Source: Dicyema japonicum (taxonomy: Eukaryota; Animalia; Dicyemida). Taken from it: 64,000 nt of DNA. The first letter of the stretch is position 1, and each line of letters begins with the position of its first letter. The position numbers and the translations under genes were made by a program. Where the stretch lies: assembly GCA_011109175.1 (NCBI GenBank), contig RDEW01000026.1, forward strand, positions 862,156-926,155, given 5' to 3'. The notes under the pieces are model-generated. The model had not been told where the DNA came from, made no database searches, and saw nothing but the letters and a program-made list of their open reading frames with translations. Of this stretch, positions 24,705 to 37,945 are shown one piece after another.

Positions 24705-26039
24705 CAGATACACTAAATTAGTTGTTTACTGTTAACTTCTTTCTCGGTGTATCCGGGTTAAAAATAAAGTATGTGGCTACGTCCATTATGTGAGGACGTC
24801 CATTATGTGAGGACCATTTAACTTCCTGTTTAAATTATGTTGAGCCTAATTTAAGTCAACAAATATACAACTACAATGTATTTTTGTTTTCAGCTTCCTC
24901 AATACAAAAGAGTCGCAACTCTCGACCATTTTAGTGATATAGGCCGCGGATTCCTTGAAACTTAAAGGATATTGCTTGATGTTTGCACTTCTCTTCAGTC
25001 AATGGAATTATCGAGTTGTCCCTATTCACTGAATATCTTAATTATTTGAATTGCTTCTCGTATTAATTCCACCAGAACCATATTTTATAATTGATATTTT
25101 CAAAAAATACTATATATAAGTTTTATTTTTTTAATTAATTTTTTACAATGAAATATTTTCTGAAAAAAATATTTTTTTCGTATTTGAGCACTGGACTGTG
25201 ACATTTAATATCCACTTGATCTTGCCCAGCCCACGTGGGAGAGTAGGTTTGAGACCATTACTACAAATAGTTGATACAAGTGTTCGATATCCCCGATTTT
25301 TACTAAAAATAAAAATACACTTATCAAGATAACGGATAGTATTTTCTAATACGAACTCGTAAATTGAAGAACTCTCAACACCTCTTTCTAAGAAAACTAA
25401 AGGGGAGCTGAAAATTAACAGAGTTGCTTGATCTATTAAGGCATAGTTAATGTCATCTCTTCAAGGCCCCTATTAATGGACTTGGAAGACATAGATACGC
25501 AAATGTCTCGGTTTGTACTTGGATAAGTCTGCTTGGGAGGAATAACTGATTCCTGGGAGAGGTGTTACTTTTCATTCAGCCACCGGTATCCTCCACTTAA
25601 GGGGCTGGGAGTAAATATACAGACACATATGAAACATTCCACCCATTTAGCAACAGTATTCATTCTAATGATGAACCTCTCTAGCATCAAAAAAATTGGT
25701 GTAAGTGCATTGTGAAAAAAAATATAACATTTTCAATAAAGGAAACTGCAATCATCTCACGCATGGCCTAAATTCTAAGAACTTTAGCAACTCGTCATTG
25801 AGACGGGCAAGGGAATTATAGATCCCGTTCGCCTGATTTATTTAAAGTTCAATAAGAGGTTCTCTCATTTTAGTTTCCCGAAAGTAAATTAAACCAGCAA
25901 CAAAAAGTCCCAGCAACATAACCACGTGGGCATCAAAAACCCAAAATCGAGCCAATAAATACAAAATCCAACAGCACCACAAGATCAACTAATCAACCAC
26001 GTGGTAACACTCTACTTAGGTAGGAAATATAAAAAGGAA

Positions 26040-26858
26040 GTAAATCATTTGATATTATAAGCACAGTTTCTCTCCACTACAAGTCCCTTCCACGAGCTCA
26101 ATATATCCACCACCCTCTTCCAGTAATTATCATCCCTTATTCTGCAACTTATAAAAGTCTCCCCCAATTTTCATAATATCCCAAAACCTACACTTACATC
26201 ACCGTCTACCATTTTTCCGCAGTCTTCGTATTTCCATCATCCTATTCACGTTTACCACGTGTTCTGTATGCCTCAAAATATTCAACATTCCTTCAGATCA
26301 CTAAATGGGTCACTTTCTTTCGGCGGAACTTTTATGGACATTGTTGACATAAAGGGACATCCTTTGAAGGGTTTCTGAGGTTCCTTCTTAGAGATGATCT
26401 CCCAGACGTGCTCTATCAATTGATTGTCGGTAGTGATCTGTTCCATGTAGTTCTAAAGTGATAAAAACGGTAAACCTTGAATTTTCGCTCACGGACTGGA
26501 ATTTTTTCTATATTTAGGATCAATTCAAGGATTGATTGTACATTATGAGAGACTTTGGGATTGTTTAGGGAGTCGTTGATATTCTTGACATTTTATTAGT
26601 GGTTTACCTTGCGAAATAATTCTCGTTGGTTCATTATAGCACGTTTTTTACTGGCATTAAAGCAGTTGTGTTTTCGTCCTGCAAGCTGGCTGGAATCATA
26701 AAAATTTAATACTCGAACTTTATCCTGCATTCTATGCAAAAGACAAATTGGAATTTACAGAAACGGTAATGATTTTTTATTTGTCTTTGTATTAGGAGTA
26801 CTCCACATTCAGAACAAACAAAATGATACACATTCAGAACAAACACAATGACACACAT
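26040..26858 (-). CDS. LYAR: LYAR-like nucleolar C2HC zinc-finger protein (3' part possibly frameshifted)
   Basis: Spliced FVCSECG..NHYRFC..FCIEC..HNC, ILELILNIEKIPVRERKFK|NYM..IEHVWEII; 23-24 nt introns. Confidence 0.65.
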
Positions 26859-26989
26859 TCATCCACAATAACTATTTTATTAAAATTTTAAATTATTATT
26901 ATTTTAAATCAACTTTTATTTTAGTAATATTTAAAATATAATATTTCTATAATTCCGTTGTATTTAATACATTAGCAATATTTAAGATC

Positions 26990-27250
26990 AGGTAGATTAG
27001 TGGCTAGTGCTTTCGTTCTAGTCGCTATTGGTTGTGGGTTTGATTCCTACGATGTTAACTGCCTAGTCGAAGTATTCCTTTTTGCTTCCTGTCAATTTTT
27101 AATAGATCACCTGTTTATGAAACACTCAATGTCTGACTGGAATCCAAAAAGGATCTACCTCTTCTCTACTCCACTGGAGGGGTTCCCACAATGGCGGATA
27201 TGGACGTGTTGCTTGAGTTTGGTAACTGGATGTACCTTAATTAGACTTCA
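26990..27250 (+). mobile_element. SINE family B variant with full tRNA-like head
   Basis: A-box-like TAGATTAGTGG, B-box-like GGTTTGATTCC; body aligns to the reverse complement of 2985-3160. Confidence 0.55.
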
Positions 27251-27559
27251 ACTTGCAATCTTTGGTAAGCCTAGCTCAAACAGTCACAACTAATCATTCC
27301 AAGGAGTTAACCTAAGGGAGAACTGATTGTGTCGACGAAATCCATCCTCCAATAATCAATTACAGACTTCTGTTTCTAAAAGGAGGCGGAGAAATAGGTC
27401 CACCTTCTACTTTCATCACACGTCCTACCCTCGCGTACATCACTTTATTCTTAAGGGAAGAGTTCTCATAATCTTTTTGAGTAATATTGTCTTGTCTTTT
27501 GATTTCAGTTTTGTTTACATTTACGCTGAGAAACCATTTCTCAAGCTCTGTTGAAGTGC

Positions 27560-29330
27560 GGTCGCGTCCCGTGATACGAAATCCACATCATCCGCATAAG
27601 ATGTCTTTTCTAATCGTTGTTTTGAAACTGCGGGAAGTTGCTGTTTCTGTCCTCACAGATAGTCTTGTGTTCGCAAGTAGTAGTCTGATTATCCTAACCG
27701 ACGATTCATCCAATATTTGCTCAAGCACATTCATCAGTTTCTGTCTGTTTATTAAGTCAAAAGCTCTGGAGAGATCTATTCCCAACATGGTTGTTGCGCT
27801 CTTGAATCTTTGGTGCGTTGCACAGCGCCATCTATGGCTCCATACAATGTCCGCCGTATACATCCCTTCTCGGAACCCACTTTGCCTAGCTGGTAAGTAT
27901 AGATCCGCCACACCCTTTATCCGGCTCAGTGCAATGTTTGCCAGCACTTTGCGTATCGAGTTCAGAAGTATGATCGGGAGGAGATTTTCTACTGGTCCTT
28001 TTGCTTTGTTTGGTTTTTGTATGGGTAATAATAATCCATTTCCTAGATCAGTATTAGTTTCAACGATGTCATTCAGGATTTTGTTTCACTAAGTTTTTTG
28101 TTGGCATATTTAAAAGCTCAGGGCTTATGTTGTCTGGCCCTGCACTCTTGTTGTTTCTTCAGTTTATTTAGCTAATTCCACTCTTCCACTGTGATTGGGA
28201 TTTTTAGCCCTTTGTCTCCTTGGAAAGGGGGAAATCATTATTCTTATTCAACAGTTTCAAAGTGTGCAATTAATTCGCTTTTTCTTCGGGTTACCACGAA
28301 TTTTACATCTTTGTCTTTGATGTGAAGGGTTTTGTCATTCTTTGTCCGCAGCAGCCGTAAAGCCGCAACATCCTTGAATTGTCTTTAGGCATTCCACATC
28401 TTTAATAGGATGTAATAATTTCCCGTGAATGTTGTCTGTTCATTTTTTTGATTTTCCAGTTTAGTTCCCGTTGTTGGATTTTAAGCTCTTTTTATACTCT
28501 GATGTTTGCCGCTTTTAGCCTAGCTCTCTGCAATGCTTGCCATATCTGGACGTTCGGGTGGTGATCCAATTTTAGGGCGTGATGATTTCGACTCCAAGGC
28601 ATACATCAGCAGAATTGGAGATTGTCTGCTTTGTTTGACACCATCGAGTTCGTACTGATGATCCAGTACGGTTTCCTTGAGAGTCTTGATTTGTTCGTGA
28701 TATTTTACTAACCACAATTTTTCTGTCTGAAAGTATATATTGGACCTTTATCTCGCCTTCTTCGCGTTTCAATATATTTTTTCCCAGTCAAATGTTTTTT
28801 TACAGACAGTTCTGCAATAACGATCGTATGGTCGCTGTCAGTTGTTGAAACCTGGTAGGAACGTGCATCATTTAGCAAGTGTTTATCAGTTTCGGCAGAT
28901 AATATAGTCGATTTGATTATATACATTCACGGTCTCCCCAACAGAGTTTTTACTTTGTCAGTGCCACGTTGTCTTGTAGCGAGCTGAGTGAGTGAAGGCT
29001 GTGTTGCACAGGAATAGGCTATTTGCCTCGCAGAGGTTCATCAGAAAGGCTCCCGATGCATTTCTCCTTCCACGCCCGTGTCTTCCAATAGAGGATTCTT
29101 CGACTCCCATTCGTATTCATATCTCCCGGAACAAATACAAGGGACGAGTTCTGAGTAGAATTTCTCGAGCTCACCAGGGGTCCTGATTACTCGCCCGCAG
29201 TGTGGTGCATAGACATTTATGATAGTTGATAGACTCAAACGGGCATAACTCATTTAGTTTGACTTGTAGGACACATATTCGGTCGTTGACTCTCCAATAG
29301 CGATTTAGTTTTTTTCTGAGTGACATTGAC
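27560..29330 (-). mobile_element. RTE LINE, degenerate
   Basis: INVYAP, NQIDY, SDH, QSGFR, DLSRAFD. Confidence 0.85.
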
Positions 29331-29354
29331 TACTTTACCAATTCTTTGGTTGAT

Positions 29355-29665
29355 ATAATAATAAAGCCTTTTCACCAGAGCCATAATATAGCTCCGCATA
29401 GGCAGGACACACACTTTATTTTAGTAAAGAGCAGTTAATTTTAACTAATCGTAGAACCAAGAAATGATCTTCACTTCTTTTTCTTATGTGAGTGTCCTTT
29501 CTAGACAATCCAGTTCCGCAGTGAGTATTCACTGATGACGGCGTCACTCGTCAAACCCTTTCTGCATCCTAGATGCGTGGAACCTTCCACCAGGTGAACA
29601 GAGGCGATATTCGAACCCGTAGCCTAAGCCAATTAAGCCCGACACCTAACCACTATGCCACCCGG
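29355..29665 (-). mobile_element. tRNA-derived SINE family A copy
   Basis: Near-identical to 6353-6671. Confidence 0.88.
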
Positions 29666-29714
29666 CTATATTTTTAATTTAACCCATTTTTAATTTTTAT
29701 TTAAAATAATATTA

Positions 29715-30452
29715 TTATCCAAATATTCTAATTTTGATGATAAATAATATCGAAGAAAAGAAAAGAACAAAAGCGAGGACAAAAAGCACATTCATGGTCC
29801 TCTCTTTGTGGACAAACTTATACACCATTTTGCCGGCTAACGACGCTTTCCCACTGATTTGTTCCAATATGCTGACATTTCGGTTTATAAGATCAGAAGT
29901 ACAACTCAAAATTTGATTAATTTGATCACTCTGTTCTATTCTATTCATAATCAATGATTTCAGTGTATTCATATTCCCGGCGATCTTGACTGATGGATTC
30001 TCTTGACTGACCTCATTTAGTCTACATTTTTGTAATATTTACTTTCTCATTCTAACCTGCTCTACCACATTCACCAATCTTGGTTGTCCCGACGAATATG
30101 AGAGATTGGCCTTCCTTAATTTACCTGTAATCCTAATATAACCATGACATGTACATATTCAGTGAATTTGAGAATATATCCAACCTCTCAACAACATCAT
30201 TGCTGGGACTCACTGCAATGTGGGAGGGAAGTGTGTTTTTCAATCCCTTTGTCGTTATAATATTTACTTTTAAAATTTCCTTGCTGGAATTAATCATTTT
30301 AGTGGCCTTAATGTTTAAATCAGTGAATTCGTCATTATCAAGATTTTCATTACTAATTTTCTTATTTTAATTATTTTACGAACTTCTATTATGATTTGTA
30401 CGTCAATTTCGTTCTTTAATAGTTCCTTAAAGTACATATTCCTTTGACCCAT
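29715..30452 (-). CDS. BNIP1: BNIP1/SEC20 ER SNARE
   Basis: Sec20-like coil, GKMVYKFVHKERT, C-terminal TM followed by KIRIFG*; upstream exons separated by ~19-21 nt GT-AG introns. Confidence 0.7.
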
Positions 30453-30603
30453 TTCACTAAATACTTCTCTATTTAAATTTTATTTATGAATTTATTAATA
30501 AAATATAACAAAATTAATATTTAAATATGATCAGAAGATTTCCGCATTAAAGTTATAAATTAATAAATTAAATTAAATATAAACAAAATTCCTCTCATAA
30601 AAA

Positions 30604-31590
30604 ATGGTGCCATGAGGCTACCTGAGTGAAGACATCTCTTCCTTTCCATGGTGACGTTATAGGATCCACCATATTCAGGAGACACCCAATTTTTGGCCGA
30701 AATTCAAAAGGATCCATCTACTCATTCCACCCGGAAATAATTTCGCTCCCAGAAGACGAGTTTAGGAATTTACTTCAGCTCCCCCGACAAAGCCCTCTGG
30801 ATCACTGTAGTTTGGTGAGGGTTCTGCTGGAACGCGTCAGGATCAAGGAATTAGTTAGCTTGGTCTTTGGAATAATTTAATGTTTCCTGTCTACAGACGT
30901 AAACTAAATGATTTAAAAGATGTCCTCTGTTTCTTATGCAACCTCTCCGAGTAGACAGTACAACACACTTTGAATGTCCTGAATTAGTACACTCTTCGTC
31001 TGCCAAGACTGACCGGCCTTTGCTGCGTCCTACTTAATAGCCGCTGATCTCCTACAAGTTATTGAACCCAGGGTTACTTAAATAACTAAGGCTTGGGGTC
31101 CACACCTAGACCCTTCCTCCTTTTTAAGTTTCCTCAAAATAGCCGCCTCGCTACTTCTTCGTCTTAAAGTATGGAGTGAAAATGTCGTTGTGGACGTATG
31201 AAGATCCATATGACTACCACCCACTATCGTGGAAGTTTAGCGCGGGCCGGTCCCCAAAGCATATCTCTCTCAACGTGACGTTGAAAAACGCACATTCCTC
31301 TGCTGGCCAGCACTGTATTTGGAGTCGACTAGTCTCACCCGAATTGTTTTAAAAAGACTGAGGCACTAAAATGTCTTGATTAATTTGCTAATGAAGATAA
31401 TTTGCAAGATCCTGTTTTGAATGAGTATCGAAAGAACACTTCAAATATTTTCTTATGTTGTGCCGCAACGAGAGGCACCTTTTCTTCCATAAGGTGGGAG
31501 TCATCGGATCTCTTGAGCATAATCTTGTTCGTGATTGACTCCTGGCATTACATCTTTGGTATACCTTCCAAAATAATGCTTGGGCTTATT
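30604..31590 (+). CDS. Putative multi-exon gene of unknown function, divergent from BNIP1
   Basis: ATG after an AT-only spacer, short ORFs with micro-intron-like GT..AG breaks. Confidence 0.3.
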
Positions 31591-31599
31591 TAGCATTCT

Positions 31600-32719
31600 A
31601 ATGAGAATTCAACTTACTCTCATTTTAGTCTCTAAGCTTTTATCAACTTCTTTAGCAGATTTTTGACTTTGTAAGACAGACCAGTCATGTGGATTTACGT
31701 TTCTTATTATTTTAGTCCCTAGATTTTTTTATCACAATCTTCTTGAAATGCCAGGGAATTGAAATCATTGTTTCTTGGTATATGATTAGATCTACTATTA
31801 GTTTATCGCTTGATAGATTTCCAGGGAGTTTCGGGCTCAACATGACCTAACACTAATTCCTTGGCAATGAAAATTCGACAGTGGTCCCAATTTAGGTTCC
31901 ACGTGTCGTAACCACCAAAAACTTTAGGTTCATAACTGTCTTCAGATTCACGTGTAATGTCAGCGGAATGTAGCCGATGTCAATATAAGAGCAATCAATG
32001 CGCATGTGCATTCCATAATAGCATGGGAGATTTGGAAAGCCCGCAGCATCTATACCTGAAAAAAAAGAAATGTTTGTCTTCTTCAAATGGTGGAATCTCA
32101 AATCAAACATCTTCACAAAAGAACTCTGAAATCTCTTTTGTAAATTCTTCCTGAGATTTCGAATACAGACCCCCGATGGCCACCTAATTCCGGCCATAAT
32201 TCACAAAAAAACCGACGCATTGTCATCTTACTTTTCTTTTGGTAATAAAATCCGTCAAACAATAATCGTAAATAAATTATAGGCTAATTGGTTGTTCCTT
32301 CGCTCTGACAATACTCCATATATTCGATTCCATTATTTAATCAAGAGTATCTATTCCTTTACTCCATATTCTTCTTTACTTGTTCGACTAATGTCGTCAT
32401 GTGATTAACCTGACGAATGAAAGTGCTTTGAAAATAAAGAGATCAAGCAAATTATTTCTGGGTTTATGAAGACGTGAAGGGAAGTGTTATTTAGAATCAG
32501 ATTTGGTTCTAGATTTTGGGAACAGTTACTCTGGGCAATCTCGTAGCTATTACAAGCAAATTTCAGAGGATTCACTGAAAAAGGGAAGTTTGGTTTATTG
32601 GCTACAATCGTAGGGAGTATTCTCCAAGAACATGTGATCTGCAATCTATAGATCAATAATTAGTGCGTTCTGACATAAATCTTTGTGCAACTTAATATTA
32701 ATGAAATAAAAATTAACAT
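31600..32719 (-). CDS. Putative secreted C-type-lectin-like protein
   Basis: Signal-like MLIFISLILSCTKIY, SYEIAQSNC, DGFY..RRFFCE; micro-introns. Confidence 0.35.
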
Positions 32720-33259
32720 GAAATCCAGGATTTATTATTGAATTACCGAGAAATTATAATTATTGGTTAGTGATGGGGACCTAAATTAAATATTTTGTCA
32801 ATTAAGTGAACAATCAATGACTGAACGGCGATAACGGAGACAAAGATTCCAAAGAATATTTTGACTAACATCTTTTTTTATTCTTCGCTCTAAAATCAAT
32901 CTTAAATTAACCCTTTTTTAACCTTCTTTATTTAAAGTTGTAGACTTTCTGGTGAACTTTGATTTGTCATACTTATAATGTGACGAAACATGAAAAAAAT
33001 AATTCCATTTCCATTAACAAATCCAAGTTATCTTTAATAATTGACAAAACAAAACTAGACTTACATAATACGAATTGAAGTTCATTTCGATTAGAAATAG
33101 CTCTCCACTAACCAGTACATCTCCATGACTACTGCATTAGGATTATCAGAGTCTAGCACACTTTCCTTAGGTGATTCCCAATTTATAAAATCCATTCTGT
33201 TGGAAGCATTAATAAATACGTTTTGGTGTATATGTGCTGAGATTATTTTAATAATAAAA

Positions 33260-34150
33260 CCAAGAATATCCGGCAAGCTATCAATTAGCTTAATTTGTTC
33301 TTTCGCGAAAGTGTTTGAACGTATGATTTTTAAAAGGCTATAAGAGAATGACTTTCTGAGTCCGGAGCAGTGGGGCTTTCGTCCTAGAAGAGGCTGTGCA
33401 GATTGCTTCTTTCTACTGAATTCTGAAATCAGGAAAGCAAGGGGGTTCCAAGAAGCAAATAAACTTATTATGTCTTGATATCTTAAAAGCATTCGACAGT
33501 GTATGAAGCGTTGTTAAAGCATCTTGTATCAGTATGTGTTCCAAGATACCTATTTGTTTGGCTAATAACTTATCTTCAGGAAAGACAATCTTCAGGAAGA
33601 CAATCAAGTGGATATACCTGTTCTGCCTGGAGATTCGCCATTCCTTCTACGAGGGTGGAGCGTTGAATTCTCTTAGACGGAAGATCATGAGGCACATACA
33701 ATCAGACTCCACATCCGTCCCAAATCTGCTTTCAGAGGAGGCAACGGTGAGAAATGGCCTGGGCTTCCTCGTATGTGCAATGAGCTAGGAAACCCATTCA
33801 GAGAGAGTTCATGCGGAGGAATTCAGATCGGCATTAAAAAAAAGTGCACTCCGATAGAATTCTTCTGCAGAAATAAAAGAAGACACTTCAGAAACGCTGT
33901 TGGTTCACTGGCGGAGCATTCAAAAGAATTCGAGAGATGTTGGAGGCTGAGATCACTTAATTTAGCAAGTTAGTTTTTTCTTTCTTGGTGGTCTCGGAGT
34001 TTGTTGCCCTAGTTATCATAATGTAATCTTCACCAAAGGATTTGGTCAGGGGTGGATAGGAAGATACCTTTCAAAAATTGTGTCGTGCCAGAAGGACTCG
34101 TCGCCTCACGGATGGGATCTGTTTGACAAGAATTGACCTCAGCTGAAAAC
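33260..34150 (+). mobile_element. LINE RT fragment joined to a LINE 3' region
   Basis: ISLICSFAKVFER, QWGFR, KAFDSV; 33615-33990 homologous to 47100-47480, 34040-34140 to the reverse complement of 46100-46230. Confidence 0.7.
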
Positions 34151-34299
34151 TCCATCTTTCGGATTCACGACCTTCAGATCGATTAGTTTACTCAGAAGGC
34201 CATACTCCAAGAAGTCCAGTAGATATTTAATTTTAAGTCCAGTAGTCCAGTAGAACAGAGTGCAACATTTTTTTAATTTTTATTAAATAATACAGAAAT

Positions 34300-35245
34300 C
34301 AATCAAAAAAAACCACTCCAACATAATCGAGGTTGCATTGCCTCTCACGATTACAACAGAGATCAAATAGAGGAGCCACCGACTTTAGTGTAGCCAGGCG
34401 CAGATTCTTAGGAAACGAAGCGTTTTCCCGCTTATTCATCTGGTTGTCTCAACGACTATAAGGGCGGAACGTGAACCGTTCATGCAGCACTTGATTAATT
34501 TTTAAATGGAAACGTTATTGCCATCAAATTCCTGCTGTTCCAGTCTCTTTGGACTAATTTGATCAACTTATACATTTCATCGAAAGGATCCTGCCCAAAA
34601 TCCTACACCCAATCTCACCCGTTTCTCAACACTAAAGAACGTTCTAATATACGGCGACATAGATGCCAGGCACCCCGTTTGGCTTGCTTCACATTTTTCT
34701 GACAGTAGAGGCGAGTTCATCTAAAATAGTCTTATTATATGATTATTCTGAATGACCCTTCATCACTCACAAGAACCCCATCAAGGAGCACTGATACCTG
34801 TACTCCTCCCAATTAACCTTATGTTTCCCCTTTTTATCAGGAATTGCTATGAATTATGGTTTTTCCAGCGACCACAACCCCATTTTTATGTTAAGAGGAT
34901 TTTGGAGATGCCGGATATTGCAGACTGAAGTGAAAAGATTCGAGAACTATAGGAAGGTTGATTGGTCTGGTCGGTGGACTCAGAAAATCATCAGAGAACT
35001 AAGTAAAAGCATCAAACCCACTTGGCCTGTCCATTTCCAAAGCAAAATAAAGTTGATTGGTTAAGAAGTTCTCTCCCTAATCGGATTCCTCTGCAGGGAT
35101 GAAAGAATTCTCTTTCACGCGGTAGTGGAACAATGGGAGACCACAGACGTTAGATGGCCATAGTGATTGCGAGTACTGGAATTACCTAACTGTCTGACGT
35201 TTTTCTGTCTTTCTTTCTCGGTGACCCGGGGTTCTAAATAAATAT
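34300..35245 (+). mobile_element. LINE APE fragments and 'GIT*' 3' end
   Basis: GDIDARHPVW, SSDHNPI, ..STGIT*, tcggtgacccggggttctaaataaa. Confidence 0.6.
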
Positions 35246-35977
35246 GTGAGAATCCAATCCCTGTTAAAAAGTACAACCCCCACTCTTCGCATAGTCTTTT
35301 CTTAATCGAATTTGCTAAGCGTTTGATCGAAACCTCCCGACACTTTCTGTAAAAAAGATCCCATCTTCTACTATCTCGACTATCTTTCAAAGATGTCTTA
35401 ATCAGTTCCTCTCTGAGGAATCAGCCGAACTGTGTTATCGTCATCTCCCAAATAAAGTGCTTCTATCATGGATGCTCTGTCCCACTTTTTAATCAATACC
35501 TTAGCGATCTCCACTATTCCGAAGGTATGGTGACAACGTGGTAGTTGCTTCATGGCATAAACTTGTTTCCATAGTGCTCGGATTCCTTTGTCATATTCTG
35601 TTTCAGGCATGAGGGATTTAACGTCCTCCACGATCACGTCATCACTCGTGCGATTCGTTCACCAAATCAATTCATTCACTGATTCCTGGTGATAATTTTA
35701 TTCACTTGATTTCCTCAGATCTTAAGAACGTAATAGTCGTGATTTACTGTCCCTTCCGTGATTTCTGACTGAGAGTATTCTTGATAGCTGCCTCTGAGCA
35801 AAGCGGATTACACTGCTAGGTTGTCCAAAACATTAGGAGACCACCTCGGTTCATTGAAGCAAGTGACTTCTTGAGGGGTAAACAATATAGCGTCTGGTGA
35901 ACACGTATGGATCGTTCAAAATAATAGGGGACGAATAATTTACAGTTTGCATGAATGTGTGAGTCCTTTAACAGTAT

Positions 35978-36162
35978 TTTCATGAGAGCCATAATATTTA
36001 TAGTTCTTGATAGGCAAGACACACCTTTTTCTCACATTATCAAAAATAAGCACCAGACTCGGATGTCTCTCACTAAGGTGGATCTGATGACGCCAATAAA
36101 AAAAGAAAGAGATATTTAATTGAATAGCCATGTGGCACCACATTGCGCCATATGGGGCGTCC
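35978..36162 (-). mobile_element. SINE-B head fragment (36045-36162) adjacent to SINE-A tail fragment (35978-36027)
   Basis: Homology to 3120-3250 and to 6610-6660. Confidence 0.55.
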
Positions 36163-36477
36163 GAATTCTTTGTCCAGAATTCAGCATGGAAATTGATTCA
36201 GAAATAAGAACACAAATTAACATCTCTATGAAACTCATAATTTATTAAAAATAAGAGAAAAAATAAATCTTAACCTGACTTTTACATCATTTATTGAATC
36301 ATCTGAGCAAGACTTCGAATAGCTCATTAAATCGACTAAACTTACTTGATAGTGTCAAACCACATTATAATTCAAGTTAATGTGAGTTCCGCTCACAGTT
36401 AGTGGTAGTCCTCAATACCCACCATCAATTTAGTTGAAATTATAAAGAAATAGAATTTATGTCAATTTTATGTATTT

Positions 36478-37945
36478 ATGGAATTCCATCAAATCCTATT
36501 TATTGTCCGAATAAGCTTGATTCAATCAAATCAGATGCTACATCTATATCTGTTCTTTTGGGATACTTTAACGTCCAGAAATAGTAATCGTATATCCAAT
36601 TTTACAGACTATGTGGAAAAGGTTGGGAACTATAATAACCACGGATACCGATTTCTTGCTGGGAAAGTAACTCAGGGAAAAATACCGTTTTTATGCACTG
36701 AGCCCTATTACCTCGCTATTATTGATGATAAGGCGGAAATTGAGGTTTTATCAGGTAATGTGTCTACCACCAAAATAGATATGTTAAAGGAAGACTATTG
36801 ATAAACGGGAATATTCAATGGTCTCAAAATAGAACGAAATTTACCTTGTTTAATGGAAGTGCCATGGTTAAAATTTTGTTATTGAACAGCCTTATACTAG
36901 TTTATCGACCACCAAGACAACATTTATGAAGTACATAATTGTAGAGCACTGCTCATCAAAAATGATAACTAAGAGATTCTCCATGAAATTCAGAGTAATT
37001 TGCGAAAAAGGCTTGAAATTTGATTATTTTCAGATCAACCTATCTACGGAGCTAAAATAATGACTCCATTCACCATGGAGACGTAAAACCCAGGAAAAAT
37101 ATTTCCCCAATGGGTGTTTTGAACAACCTCACATACTATGCCAATGGTGGACATGGATATATATATCACTCGAATTACAATGAAATGGAAGATATCAGTT
37201 CACTGTGCGATCAACACAATTCATATCTCGCTAAGATTGAAAGTCAATCAGAAAATGACTTTATATTTAGTATTTCGCCATGTTTTAGTTGTTAGGTATT
37301 ATCACAGGAAATACATTCATTGATACGACTTTTGATCAAAATTCCGTATCTCCCTAATATTTTATTAAAGACTTACAGAAACTGGGAAGTTGAGTCAGTC
37401 ATCGATCAACCTTCTAGTTGTGGAATTATACGATATTGTGACGGAAAGTGGATTGAATCTAGTCACTTGTATGAAGAACATGTATTATGTGAGATGGGTA
37501 CCCTAAGACTATATAATTGTAGACAATCTCTTAGAATTGTCTAAAATATTTCCAAATTATGATTTTTTGATCAATAATTCTAGTATTCCAATAATTTTTA
37601 CTTAGACCAAGAAAGTACAGCTACCACCAATAAACCGGCAAATCCAAATATCCATAGTGGGATCACTTCCATTATAAGCTCACCAGCCACCAAAGCGGAA
37701 CAAAATGATTCCACCAAAAAACTTCAACATTCAACAATTGAAGGTAAAGAAATTTCGAATACCCAATTCACTTTCATCCACAATTCACAAAAAACCAAAA
37801 AGTATGTTTCATGTTCATTTAGCGCAGGAGGATGCTATTAGTCAAACTATTTTTTGGAATCATTTTTACCAGTTTTATCTTCCAGACCTTCATGATTTAC
37901 TTGCTATATCTGTACTCAAACAAATGTTTACCTCCTCAGGATTAA
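36478..37945 (+). CDS. Type I membrane protein with two divergent C-type lectin-like domains (indels: pseudogene or assembly error)
   Basis: Signal peptide; C..YLAIIDDKAE..VICE; CDQHNSYLAKIESQSENDFI..DGKW..VLCE; S/T/P stalk; TM LLVKLFFGIIFTSFIFQTFMIYLLYLY. Confidence 0.55.
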
